A DNA stretch of 14,076 nt from Candidatus Bathyarchaeia archaeon (GCA_049517415.1 JBEKSC010000042.1:1-14076); one strand, 5' to 3'. Positions 1 through 7,797 are shown, counted from the first letter of the stretch. The notes: generated by a model not told the origin, from the letters alone. A program made the numbers and translations.

Positions 1-186
1 AGAAATCAATTCCTGCAGATCTGACTCTATTCGAGTGTAGGTCTCGATATCTGGACAGTCGACTTCGATCACATCTGTCTTTCCATTGCACCAGCCTACC
101 ATCTTGACGTTCGGGTGTTTCATTGAGAACTTCACGTAGGGGCAGTCGTGCTTTGCTTTGAAGGAGACTTCGAACAACCTTCTCAA
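1..186 (-). CDS. Partial (runs off window) putative transcription regulator, N-terminal part of an archaeal Bat/HTH-10-type protein
   Basis: Not in the ORF track. My translation from TTG at 186 (or TTG at 177) is MRRLFEVSFKAKHDCPYVKFSMKHPNVKMVGWCNGKTDVIEVDCPDIETYTRIESDLQELIS, open to base 1. The FEVSFKxxHDCPY...WCN..DVIE pattern resembles N-termini of archaeal proteins with a C-terminal HTH-10 domain (recalled, not searched). The HTH itself is outside the window. Confidence 0.6.
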   Translation of the reverse strand, partial: MRRLFEVSFKAKHDCPYVKFSMKHPNVKMVGWCNGKTDVIEVDCPDIETYTRIESDLQELIS

Positions 187-272
187 CTAACCTTGAATAT
201 CGGCGCTAGCCTAATAACTGGTCAACCGTCCCACGCCGGTATACGCGGCCCGTCTTGGGCTTTTGCGATTTT

Positions 273-305
273 TACCATCGTACGACGGTACAAACTACTA
301 CCGTC
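273..305. promoter_or_regulatory. Putative operator: three TACCRTC half-sites forming overlapping inverted repeats
   Basis: TACCATCGTACGACGGTA (273-290) is an 18-bp palindrome with one mismatched pair. GACGGTA (284-290) also pairs with TACCGTC (299-305). The site lies between the divergent regulator and the 340 ORF. Confidence 0.45.
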
Positions 306-339
306 ACTTCCGACCCTATCGTTCCCGGAGATAATGTGA

Positions 340-570
340 TTGAGTATCGTGACAAACGTATTGGACAGGCTAGGACTCACCGGTGCGTTAAGCCCGAAGA
401 TCATTTCCTTTGTTCCGAAACTGAGCTCACAACTTTCACAAGCCCTGTGGATGCCTTTCAGTCAAGGGCGGGAATGGACTTCAATTAAGCACGCTCAAGA
501 GTTCCAGCAAGAAGCAATGGCACGACGGGCCTTCTACGAAATGCAAGGCAGGCTACCATCAGCGAGGTGA
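340..570 (+). CDS. Hypothetical small protein (76 aa)
   Basis: TTG start with GGAG at 327-330. Its stop overlaps the next start as GTGA (567-570), which is typical of translational coupling. No family recognised. Confidence 0.55.
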   Translation: MSIVTNVLDRLGLTGALSPKIISFVPKLSSQLSQALWMPFSQGREWTSIKHAQEFQQEAMARRAFYEMQGRLPSAR

Positions 571-953
571 ATCAAGTGCAAAGAACAATAACCGAACAAG
601 CCGCACCCAAAGCGGGACAAGCCGAACCTGAAGTCCTGCAACGAATGCGAACCGACCCGAGAATTTGTTCGATAGTCATAGTCCGAGCCCCAAATCCCTC
701 AAATGTAATTGGGACTCACGTCCTTGTCAAGACCAGCCGCATCACGTTCCCGACGCCAGATACGAGTTCCTTCCTTGTAACCGACCTTCTCGAGGACATT
801 TCGTACATGGTTGGGCAGGAAGGGTCGTTCTGCAAGCTTGTCTTCACGTTGAATGACGAACAAGTCGTGGTAATAGTTCAACCCGGCTCGGACCTCACCG
901 AAATCGCTCACGACTTCGTAATCCACTTAGCGACCATAGCGGCCCACAACTGA
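567..953 (+). CDS. Hypothetical protein (128 aa), possibly Roadblock/profilin-like fold
   Basis: GTG start coupled to the upstream stop. The segment order EVLQRMRTDPRICSIVIV ... DISYMVGQEGSFCKLVFTLNDEQVVVIVQPGSDLTEIAHDFVIHLATI fits a helix, strands, three strands, helix pattern like Roadblock/LC7-type proteins. The fold call is tentative. Confidence 0.6.
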   Translation: MNQVQRTITEQAAPKAGQAEPEVLQRMRTDPRICSIVIVRAPNPSNVIGTHVLVKTSRITFPTPDTSSFLVTDLLEDISYMVGQEGSFCKLVFTLNDEQVVVIVQPGSDLTEIAHDFVIHLATIAAHN

Positions 954-986
954 GTCTGAGGCAGCATTGCGATGCCCTCATCAGTT
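948..986. terminator. Bulged hairpin between convergent genes, possible terminator or processing signal
   Basis: Pairings AACTGA(948-953)/TCAGTT(981-986), TGAGG(957-961)/CCTCA(976-980) and GCAT(964-967)/ATGC(972-975) close a TGCG loop. The hairpin includes the stop codon at 951-953. Confidence 0.3.
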
Positions 987-1004
987 ATGTCGAAGCGATT
1001 CCAC

Positions 1005-1151
1005 TCAGACTGCTTCTGGCAGCGCAGCGAGTATGTTTCGGATGTATCGTTCCAATCCTTCCGCCCCTTCCCAAATCTTCATTTCCAGCACGCCTTCGAA
1101 CATCAAGAGAAGAGCATTCTGGAAACGTTGTTCAAGAATCTCGGTCGTCAA
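1005..1151 (-). CDS. Hypothetical micro-protein (48 aa)
   Basis: My translation from TTG is MTTEILEQRFQNALLLMFEGVLEMKIWEGAEGLERYIRNILAALPEAV*. It looks amphipathic-helical, is co-directional with the AbrB gene and starts 49 nt after it. It is more protein-like than the + strand ORFs at 967 and 972. Confidence 0.4.
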   Translation of the reverse strand: MTTEILEQRFQNALLLMFEGVLEMKIWEGAEGLERYIRNILAALPEAV

Positions 1152-1200
1152 TCAAAACTTGTCAGTGCATATTTCGTTTCGGCCTTTTTGACTTCCTAAA

Positions 1201-1365
1201 CTAGCGCCTAGTCACAGGTTCGACGATTATCTTAGTCCCATCAAGGGATATGAAGAGGGGTTGGCCCTTTTGCCACTTCAATTTCTCTACCATGTCCCTA
1301 GGAATCGTAATCCTATACTGCCCTCGAAAATCCTGAAGCCGAACAATTTCCAGGCCTTGAGACAT
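1201..1365 (-). CDS. AbrB/MazE/SpoVT-family DNA-binding protein (54 aa)
   Basis: Below the ORF-track cutoff. ATG at 1365 gives MSQGLEIVRLQDFRGQYRITIPRDMVEKLKWQKGQPLFISLDGTKIIVEPVTRR*, the classic GQxxITIPxxxxxxLxWxxGxxL...IIVEP swapped-hairpin signature. Confidence 0.85.
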   Translation of the reverse strand: MSQGLEIVRLQDFRGQYRITIPRDMVEKLKWQKGQPLFISLDGTKIIVEPVTRR

Positions 1366-1379
1366 GCCTCGACGCCCTA

Positions 1380-1493
1380 TGAGTACTTACGAGCCTCCAT
1401 AGGCTTAATGAGCATTGCTAAGCCTTAAATATACTACTAATACTAATTAGTACTCTTGAGGACTCATCAATTGGAGACTACAGAGTACTACAG
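1380..1493 (-). promoter_or_regulatory. AT-rich promoter/operator region upstream of the AbrB gene
   Basis: Minus-strand TATATTTAA at 1425-1433. Perfect palindrome TACTAATTAGTA at 1441-1452. GAGTACT at 1381-1387, 1449-1455 (inverted) and 1483-1489. Inverted repeat AGGCTTA/TAAGCCT at 1401-1407/1419-1425. Confidence 0.4.
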
Positions 1494-1602
1494 GGACGCT
1501 TCTGGCTTCTGGAAGATCAAGTCGCCTAAACGCAGACGAATCGTTCACCTATAGACCAGCATACTATCACTCGGCCTCGGAGCTGGAATTAGCGGATTCG
1601 CG

Positions 1603-3381
1603 CTATGTTTCAGCTTCGATCTTCTTGAGCTGTTTCTGGTACATTTCCAGCGCTTCTTGCGAAGTAGTCGCGTCCTCCGCAGACTTGTCTTTCCGCCAAT
1701 TACCAGTGAATCTGGGGAATCTAAGCGCCAATCCGCCACCGGGCCGTATTAGGTTCCAGCCGCACGTGTGAAGCGGGGATAATGTGATTTCATCCGCAGC
1801 TACCTCCAAAACCGCATAGGGCGCAAACCACACGTCGGGCTCCATCAACGAGTTGACCCGTGGATGCCTGTGTGTGACCACGCTCTTCTCCAACATCTTC
1901 GGAAGGTCCGCTAAGTCTTGGTCGGTGAAGCCTGACCCTAGCTTGCATAGTGTCTCGAAAACGTCCTCCTTCTGATTATAGGAGGCCATGAGGAGCGCAC
2001 CATAACTACCTGCCCGTCTTCCCCGTCCTGCGAACGCCCCGACGGGAACCAAGTCAAAGGTATCCTGAACTTCTGCCTTGTACGACCGCTTGTATTTTAT
2101 CCATAGCCAACCGCGAGCCCCAGCCTGGTAGGTAGATTGCTCCGAGATGCTCTTGACAACTAAACCCTCACAACCCGAAGCAACGGCTTCGTCCATCAAT
2201 TGCTCCAGTCTCTTTGGATCCTTCGTCAAATGTTGGTGAGCTATCGCCACGTGTTCAGAGGGTCGTATAATCTTCACTAGCTCCTTTCTCCTTTCGAGGT
2301 AGGGGGTTAGTGTCATATCACGTCCGTTCAGGAAGAGGATATCGAAAAGGAATACCGTCACGGGTACCTCTTCGGACATTCTCTGAATTTCATACTTTCT
2401 TCCGCGCCTTTGGGAAATTACTTGGAAGGGGAGCATATCACCGGTGTTTGCATCCACTGCTACACATTCGCCTTCCACGATCGCCTCTTTCGCCTTGACG
2501 CATGTTTGTAAGAGTTTGGCGACGTCAGGGAATTGGTCGGTAATGTTCTCGAGCCGCCGCGAGAAAAGTTGTACCCCCTTAGGACTCAGGTGCATTTGTA
2601 TTCTGAGGCCGTCGTACTTGTATTCTGCAGCTCCTTCACCCCCAAGCTTCTCCAGAATGTCCTGGGCAGCGGGTAAGCGCTCGCAGAGCATCGGCCTAAT
2701 TGGACGTCCGACTGTAATCTTGAACTTTTCTATGCCCACGAGGCCTTCGTGAGCGACCACATCTGCAACGTACCCTAGATCGGATGAGAGATTGTACGCC
2801 CTCTCGATCGGTACCCGTGCAACTTTGTCGCCTCCGTAAGCAACCGCAAGCCCATCCAGTACAGTCATATCGGCGACGCCCAACCTTAGCTTACCAATAG
2901 CCATCCTCGCGATAAACTTCCCTTCTAACGGCGTCGCATCGTTCAAGAGGCTTATCAGTAAACGCATTTTCGTATCAACAGAACCGGAGCCAGTTGCCTT
3001 CGCGATCTTGTCGAAGGTTTCGTATACCGTCTTGACAGTTAGAGACCTTTTCACGAGGGAGGCTTGCGATTTCTTTCGAAGTAAGGTTTCAACGGTCAAC
3101 CCTACGTCCCCGGTCTTCTTGTAGTCCTCCTCAACCGACGTCTCTGTCTTTCCAGAAACTTCTGCAGCCGCCTTGATCAGGAGTTTTTCGGCGAGGCCAA
3201 GTTCGACGCCGACATAGTCAGGGTAAAGCTTTCCTTGAAGCAGGTAGACAACTTTGCTAATTTCATCCTTCGGTGTCTCCGTGATCAAGTCCACAAGGAG
3301 GCTGGTCATTTCCAAGCGTTTCGTGGTAGCCTCTATTTTTTCGAACAGATCGGCTACCTGATTGAACCTCAAGGGCGTCAC
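1603..3381 (-). CDS. lig: ATP-dependent DNA ligase (archaeal type)
   Basis: Motif I EYKYDGLR with the adenylated Lys, motif III EGE, IIIa FDIL, IV EGLVVK, V WIKYK and VI LRFPRF, plus an N-terminal DNA-binding domain. The true start may be TTG at 3372 (MRFNQVADLFEKIE). Confidence 0.97.
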   Translation of the reverse strand: MTPLRFNQVADLFEKIEATTKRLEMTSLLVDLITETPKDEISKVVYLLQGKLYPDYVGVELGLAEKLLIKAAAEVSGKTETSVEEDYKKTGDVGLTVETLLRKKSQASLVKRSLTVKTVYETFDKIAKATGSGSVDTKMRLLISLLNDATPLEGKFIARMAIGKLRLGVADMTVLDGLAVAYGGDKVARVPIERAYNLSSDLGYVADVVAHEGLVGIEKFKITVGRPIRPMLCERLPAAQDILEKLGGEGAAEYKYDGLRIQMHLSPKGVQLFSRRLENITDQFPDVAKLLQTCVKAKEAIVEGECVAVDANTGDMLPFQVISQRRGRKYEIQRMSEEVPVTVFLFDILFLNGRDMTLTPYLERRKELVKIIRPSEHVAIAHQHLTKDPKRLEQLMDEAVASGCEGLVVKSISEQSTYQAGARGWLWIKYKRSYKAEVQDTFDLVPVGAFAGRGRRAGSYGALLMASYNQKEDVFETLCKLGSGFTDQDLADLPKMLEKSVVTHRHPRVNSLMEPDVWFAPYAVLEVAADEITLSPLHTCGWNLIRPGGGLALRFPRFTGNWRKDKSAEDATTSQEALEMYQKQLKKIEAET

Positions 3382-3607
3382 ATCTAGCGAGAGTTACAGG
3401 TTCTACAATGCTTCAGATGACGCTGAAAGTAATGGACGAATTATTAGCGGTTACCGTTCGCAAGGTGAACCGAGGAACATGCATCGTCAGCCGACTTATG
3501 GCGGCTCGCCTGTCCCGCAATGGAGAAATAAACCGGCACATTGTACTTGATCCCGACCTGAATCTGAATCAGAGAAGTCTTGGAGGTCTAATGCGACGAC
3601 AGCAATC

Positions 3608-4450
3608 ATGGGTCGATTCTATTTTGGTTGCGCGGGTTGGTCATACAGGGAATGGAATGGCCCATTCTACGACCCCGGCAAGAGCATGCTTCAACAATAT
3701 GCCTCAGTATTTGACACCGTAGAACTCAATTCTTCCTTTTACAGGCAACCTGACGAAGGAACAATCATAGGCCTAACACGAAACACCAAGAGGGGGTTCA
3801 TGTTCAGTGCGAAGATTAACAAGAAGTTCACGCACGACCTACGGCTGAAGTTAGACGAGGGTTCTCAGGAAGAGTTGGAGAGTTTCATACAGCTCTTCGA
3901 CCCTTTGCTCACTCAAGACAGGTTGGGATGTTTCCTTGTCCAGCTTCCCCCTTCTCTCAAAAGGAACGATAAACTCCTTGAGGATTTCCTAGCAGCTCTC
4001 CCACATCGCTATGAGTATGTGGTTGAGTTCAGGCACGAGTCGTGGATGGAAGATTCGACGTGGCGCATTCTTTCGAAATACGAGGCAGCCTATTGTATCG
4101 TCGATGAACCTCTTTTGCCGCCGGAGGTACATGTTACATCATCGACCGGTTACATCAGGTGGCATGGCCAAGGAGAACGGCCGTGGTATGACTACCGTTA
4201 CACGCAGCAGCAACTCCAAGATTGGGTTCCTAAGATCAGAGAGGTTCAGGCAAATACGAAGAAGACTTTTGGAATATTCAACAACCACTTTCATGGGTAC
4301 GCTCCAGAAAATTGCATTCAGACAATGCAAATGCTAGGCATAGCGACTCCGATTCATCTGAAAACCATTAAACGCCTGCAGAGTTACATCGACAGGGAAG
4401 CGGCTGGGTTACCACCCGCCGGAACTCTCGACCAATACGCTAAACCTTGA
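3608..4450 (+). CDS. DUF72 (YecE-like) TIM-barrel protein
   Basis: Signature segments GCAGWSYREW-GPFY, FDTVELNSSFY, FSAK...FTH, LVQLPPS, VEFRHESW, YIRWHG, YDYRY and FNNH...A..N. Confidence 0.92.
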   Translation: MGRFYFGCAGWSYREWNGPFYDPGKSMLQQYASVFDTVELNSSFYRQPDEGTIIGLTRNTKRGFMFSAKINKKFTHDLRLKLDEGSQEELESFIQLFDPLLTQDRLGCFLVQLPPSLKRNDKLLEDFLAALPHRYEYVVEFRHESWMEDSTWRILSKYEAAYCIVDEPLLPPEVHVTSSTGYIRWHGQGERPWYDYRYTQQQLQDWVPKIREVQANTKKTFGIFNNHFHGYAPENCIQTMQMLGIATPIHLKTIKRLQSYIDREAAGLPPAGTLDQYAKP

Positions 4451-4539
4451 TGAGATTGGAGATGCGACTGAGGATTCATCCGAGTTAGTGATTTCGTCGG
4501 GAGCTAAGGCGTAACCTCAGGCCCCGTTGGTTCGGGTTG

Positions 4540-4586
4540 AAGGGTTTTAATAAAAGGGTTTTAGCTATCGATAGTCTATCTGATAG
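4540..4586. promoter_or_regulatory. Repeat and palindrome cluster upstream of the zinc-finger gene
   Basis: Direct repeat AAGGGTTTTA at 4540-4549 and 4554-4563, overlapping the TATA-like TTTTAATAAAA (4545-4555). Tandem palindromes CTATCGATAG (4565-4574) and CTATCTGATAG (4576-4586) follow. Confidence 0.35.
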
Positions 4587-4622
4587 GATTCCAATGGGGT
4601 TCGGGGAAGGTCTGGTCTAGTC

Positions 4623-4811
4623 TTGAAGTGCCCTCTTTGCGGAAAGGAGATGACGCCGATGAGCGAGCGTCCGGCCGTGGATTCCCCGACGTTGCCGAGA
4701 CCAAAACAGGAACCTCTCTATTTCTGCGGGCAACACGGAGTAATGAATAAGTCCGCTGACTTGAAGGATAAGGTCGACCAAGTGACCAAGAAGGCAAGGA
4801 CCACCCCGTGA
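4623..4811 (+). CDS. Small CPxCG-type zinc-finger protein (62 aa)
   Basis: MKCPLCGKEM at the N-terminus and a second knuckle YFCGQHG give a C2-CH ligand set, typical of archaeal one-domain zinc-finger micro-proteins. Confidence 0.65.
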   Translation: MKCPLCGKEMTPMSERPAVDSPTLPRPKQEPLYFCGQHGVMNKSADLKDKVDQVTKKARTTP

Positions 4812-5019
4812 GTTGTCCCTCGGCGTGTTGCCGTCGTAATACCAATTGACTTCTAGGTCATCTTGTCTTTAGTTGCTTCTACGGTTGGCGTTGTAGGTTC
4901 TTGCTGACTGGCGTCTTGTTAGCTTCCTAAAGCTCGACCTTGAGAAGGCAAAGGAAGATTAACCTGAGCCCTTGTTCTGTGAGTGCCTTCGCCGTTCACA
5001 ATTACTCGAGTGTAAGCAT

Positions 5020-5472
5020 ATGCCTTCGGAGAAGTCATGCGGAGCTGTGATCTTCAAAGCCAACGGGAAACGCAAGTACCTACTGCTTCACTACGAAGGC
5101 GGCCACTGGGATTTCGTAAAGGGACATGTGGAAAGGGATGAAACCGAAATGGAAACCGTTCTCAGAGAAACCAATGAAGAGACCGGCCTGACTGACCTGA
5201 AATTCTTTGAGGGTTACCGTGAGCCAATAAGCTACTACTACAGAAGAGCGGGAAGAATCGTTCACAAGGAAGTCGTCTTCTACCTTCTTGAGGCTAAGAC
5301 GGACTCGGTTCGGCTCTCTAGGGAACATGTCGGTTTTGACTGGATGTCCTATGAGCCAGCCTACGAGCGATTAACGTACAAAAACGCGAAGGATACGTTG
5401 CGCAAGGCCCATGAGTATTTGGAGAAGTTGCAAGCGCAGACTCTAGTCGGGGACGCCGAGAAAAGCGGCTAA
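5020..5472 (+). CDS. Nudix hydrolase, bis(5'-nucleosyl)-tetraphosphatase (asymmetric Ap4A hydrolase)-like
   Basis: Nudix box GHVERDETEMETVLRETNEETGL, plus EKSCGAVIF, YLLLHY..GHWDFVKG, KEVVFYL and LSREH motifs. ATG at 5020 is preferred over TTG at 4972. The 3' end overlaps convergent argF by 30 nt. Confidence 0.9.
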   Translation: MPSEKSCGAVIFKANGKRKYLLLHYEGGHWDFVKGHVERDETEMETVLRETNEETGLTDLKFFEGYREPISYYYRRAGRIVHKEVVFYLLEAKTDSVRLSREHVGFDWMSYEPAYERLTYKNAKDTLRKAHEYLEKLQAQTLVGDAEKSG

Positions 5473-6378
5473 GACCGCCCTTGCCCCATGTAACTTGTTC
5501 TCAGCCTGGTGCCACACGATACTTTTCGGCCCCTCCAAGACTCCATCGGTGATTTCCAGTCCCCTGTGTGCAGGAAGGCAGTGCATTACCGAAACGTCGG
5601 GTTTTGCCTTTTGAACAAGTTTCTCGTTGATCTGGTACGGTTTGAACTTCAGTTCCTTCCTTTTGGCTCCTTTCTCTTGGCCCATACTAACCCACACATC
5701 AGTGTAGAGAACGTCCGCACTTTCAGCGGCCTTCTGCGGGTTCCCCTGGAACTCGACTGCTCCACCAGACTCCTTTGCAAGCTTCCTCGCCCTCTCAAGC
5801 ATGGATTCGTCCGGCTCACAGCCCTTCGGAGTAGAAACGACCATATTCATCCCCATGTTCGCTCCGCCAATCAACCATGAATTGCAAACGTTGTTTCCGT
5901 CTCCGACCCACACAAACTTCAGGCCTGAGAACTTACCCTTAGCCTCAAGGACCGTGAGCAGGTCCGAGATAATTTGAGTCGGATGCTCAAGGTCGCAAAG
6001 AGCGTTGATTATTGGAACGGGTGCATATTCAGCAAACTCCACCAAGGTTTGGTGCGCGTACGTTCGAATAACAAGGCCGCTTAGGTAGGCTCCTAGCACC
6101 CTGGCGGTATCTTTCAGGGGTTCGCCCCGTGTCAACTGCAGCTCGTCAGCGCGAAGATACATGGCCTGGCCGCCCAGCTGATAGGCCGCAGTTTCGAAGC
6201 TAACTCTAGTTCGCGTTGAGGGCTTCTCAAACAGTAGGCCAATGACCTTACCGGACAATGAAGGTTTGAGCGTCCCCTGCTTTGCATCCGATTTGAGTTT
6301 GACCGCAAGCTCCAACAGGGATTGAGTTTCCTCGTGTGTTAGGTCGCCCATGGAAAGAAAGTCTCTACCAGATAACAA
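5443..6378 (-). CDS. argF: Ornithine carbamoyltransferase
   Basis: Carbamoyl-phosphate motif FEKPSTRTRVSF, plus HPTQ, VGDGNNV, the ornithine-binding YTDVWVSMG loop, HCLP and QAENK. Confidence 0.95.
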   Translation of the reverse strand: MLSGRDFLSMGDLTHEETQSLLELAVKLKSDAKQGTLKPSLSGKVIGLLFEKPSTRTRVSFETAAYQLGGQAMYLRADELQLTRGEPLKDTARVLGAYLSGLVIRTYAHQTLVEFAEYAPVPIINALCDLEHPTQIISDLLTVLEAKGKFSGLKFVWVGDGNNVCNSWLIGGANMGMNMVVSTPKGCEPDESMLERARKLAKESGGAVEFQGNPQKAAESADVLYTDVWVSMGQEKGAKRKELKFKPYQINEKLVQKAKPDVSVMHCLPAHRGLEITDGVLEGPKSIVWHQAENKLHGARAVLAAFLGVPD

Positions 6379-6448
6379 CTAAGACCACGGCCTCGCTTTG
6401 CTTAGCAGCCATTGAAAAACACTTCAGCCTAATTCCGTCGTCGAGCGT

Positions 6449-6859
6449 TTAGGTTCGTTTCTCTGCCCTTACGACGCCACGATATCTAGGGGGAGCTTTC
6501 TTCGTCGGGTCGATCAGGAACCGTCCTGACTTCAGTATGTCCATTCCAATCAGCACGGGGTACCTCATGTCCGAGCGGTCATTAACCGTCACAGGTAGGG
6601 CAAATCTTTCACCAGCAATTTCGACAATCCCCCGCACTAATGGTCGGGTCCGCACTTTGTCTAGAAATGCAGACTTGACCTTGGCAACGTCCACCGTGGG
6701 CCCCAGGCCTATGTTTGCCGCCAGCCATACGTCCACTGAAGTTCTAGTCGCACCTGTGTCGACTTTCCCTTTGACTCGAGCCTCGCCGTGGTGTCCGACG
6801 ACCTTCACATACTCGATTGGGCCGATAACGATCTGCTGTTTCACATTCAATGAAAACAC
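6449..6859 (-). CDS. RimK-associated retropepsin-like aspartic peptidase (RimB / putative ATP-dependent zinc protease family)
   Basis: IG..EYV, KVDTGATRTSVD (catalytic DTG), R.RPLV and DRSDMRYPVLIGMDIL...FLIDP are hallmarks of the RimK-associated protease family. The start could be 6859, 6850 or 6844. Confidence 0.85.
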   Translation of the reverse strand: MFSLNVKQQIVIGPIEYVKVVGHHGEARVKGKVDTGATRTSVDVWLAANIGLGPTVDVAKVKSAFLDKVRTRPLVRGIVEIAGERFALPVTVNDRSDMRYPVLIGMDILKSGRFLIDPTKKAPPRYRGVVRAEKRT

Positions 6860-6924
6860 TGCGGTGGCGAGCGCTTTATGAGCAAACTAAGTATTAAGCT
6901 CACATCGGTAAGTGGCCGAATTTT
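6860..6924. promoter_or_regulatory. Compact divergent promoter shared by the peptidase and rimK-like genes
   Basis: The gap is 65 nt. TATTAA at 6892-6897 lies about 28 nt upstream of ATG 6925 and, read on the minus strand as TTAATA, about 32 nt upstream of GTG 6859. This fits leaderless archaeal transcripts in both directions. Confidence 0.35.
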
Positions 6925-7797
6925 ATGAAAATTGGAGTTCTATCAAAGAACCCGGAATTCTGGGCGACAACGGAAATCATTAGTGCGCTGAAAGAAAGAG
7001 GTGTTCAACCAATCTACGTCAGGACGCCTGAAGTCCACCTTATCTTGGCCGGCCCTAAGGTTGATGCAATTTACGAGAGGCAATCACTATCTCGCCTAGA
7101 CTCGGTGATACCGAGGATTGGGCGCAGCCTCACGCAGCTCGGCGTTATGATTCTGAAACACTTCGAGCTCATGAAACTGCCCTCAACGCTCTCTTTGAAC
7201 GGCCTCTTAACCGCGAGGAACAAGTACCTAGCCCTGCAAGCACTCCATGGGGCTGGAGTAAAGATTCCCGAAAGCGTTCTAATCGCTTCTCGCAACAAGA
7301 ACGATGAACCAACCGAATACCTGTCTCCCCCACTTGTAATGAAACTGCTGAGTGGAACGCAGGGCATCGGGGTGATGCGTGTAAGAGATGCAAAGGAAGC
7401 AGGACCCATAATTGACACCCTCTCCGAACTCGACCAAATGATCTGCCTGCAGAAATTTCTACCCAATCCAGGTGAAGATATTCGAGTCTTTGTTATTGAT
7501 GGAAACATTATTGGGGCCATGAAACGTAAGGCAGCTCCCCACGAGTGGAGAAGCAACATCCACATAGGGGGACAGGGAATCGCACACAAACCCTCCAAAG
7601 CAGAGGCTGAAACTTCCCTCAAGGCAGCGGAAGCAGTTGGTGTCGAAATCGCCGGGGTCGACATAATCTCGGTTGACGAAGTCCCCTATGTCATCGAAGT
7701 GAACGCTTCACCGGGTTTCCAGGGCCTCCTAGGTGCAACCGGAATAAACGCGGCTGAAGAAATTGCGAAGTATGCCATTGCGAAAGGCAAACATTAG
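6925..7797 (+). CDS. rimK: RimK-family ATP-grasp alpha-L-glutamate ligase
   Basis: VIPRIG, ARNK, VMKLLSGTQGIGV, EDIRVFVI, WRSNIHIGG, AGVDII and EVNASPG. The GTQGIGV loop is RimK-type, not the LysX/ArgX GSWG type. Confidence 0.9.
   Translation: MKIGVLSKNPEFWATTEIISALKERGVQPIYVRTPEVHLILAGPKVDAIYERQSLSRLDSVIPRIGRSLTQLGVMILKHFELMKLPSTLSLNGLLTARNKYLALQALHGAGVKIPESVLIASRNKNDEPTEYLSPPLVMKLLSGTQGIGVMRVRDAKEAGPIIDTLSELDQMICLQKFLPNPGEDIRVFVIDGNIIGAMKRKAAPHEWRSNIHIGGQGIAHKPSKAEAETSLKAAEAVGVEIAGVDIISVDEVPYVIEVNASPGFQGLLGATGINAAEEIAKYAIAKGKH

Noticed and set aside
967..1199. Two + strand ORFs (74 and 75 aa)
   Set aside because: Their composition is atypical (rich in S, F, R). The minus-strand 48-aa ORF reads as more protein-like.
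3362..3722. ORFs 3362-3550 and 3408-3722 in the lig/DUF72 gap
   Set aside because: They overlap real genes, show no recognisable motifs and occupy the expected divergent promoter region.
5443..5472. 30-nt convergent overlap of Nudix and argF as antisense regulation
   Set aside because: Short tail-to-tail overlaps are common in compact archaeal genomes, and nothing else supports a regulatory role.
4623..7797. LysW/ArgX-type ornithine pathway (small zinc finger, ATP-grasp ligase, argF)
   Set aside because: The zinc finger ends KKARTTP and lacks the LysW C-terminal EDWGE. The ligase has the RimK GTQG loop, not the LysX/ArgX GSWG loop.
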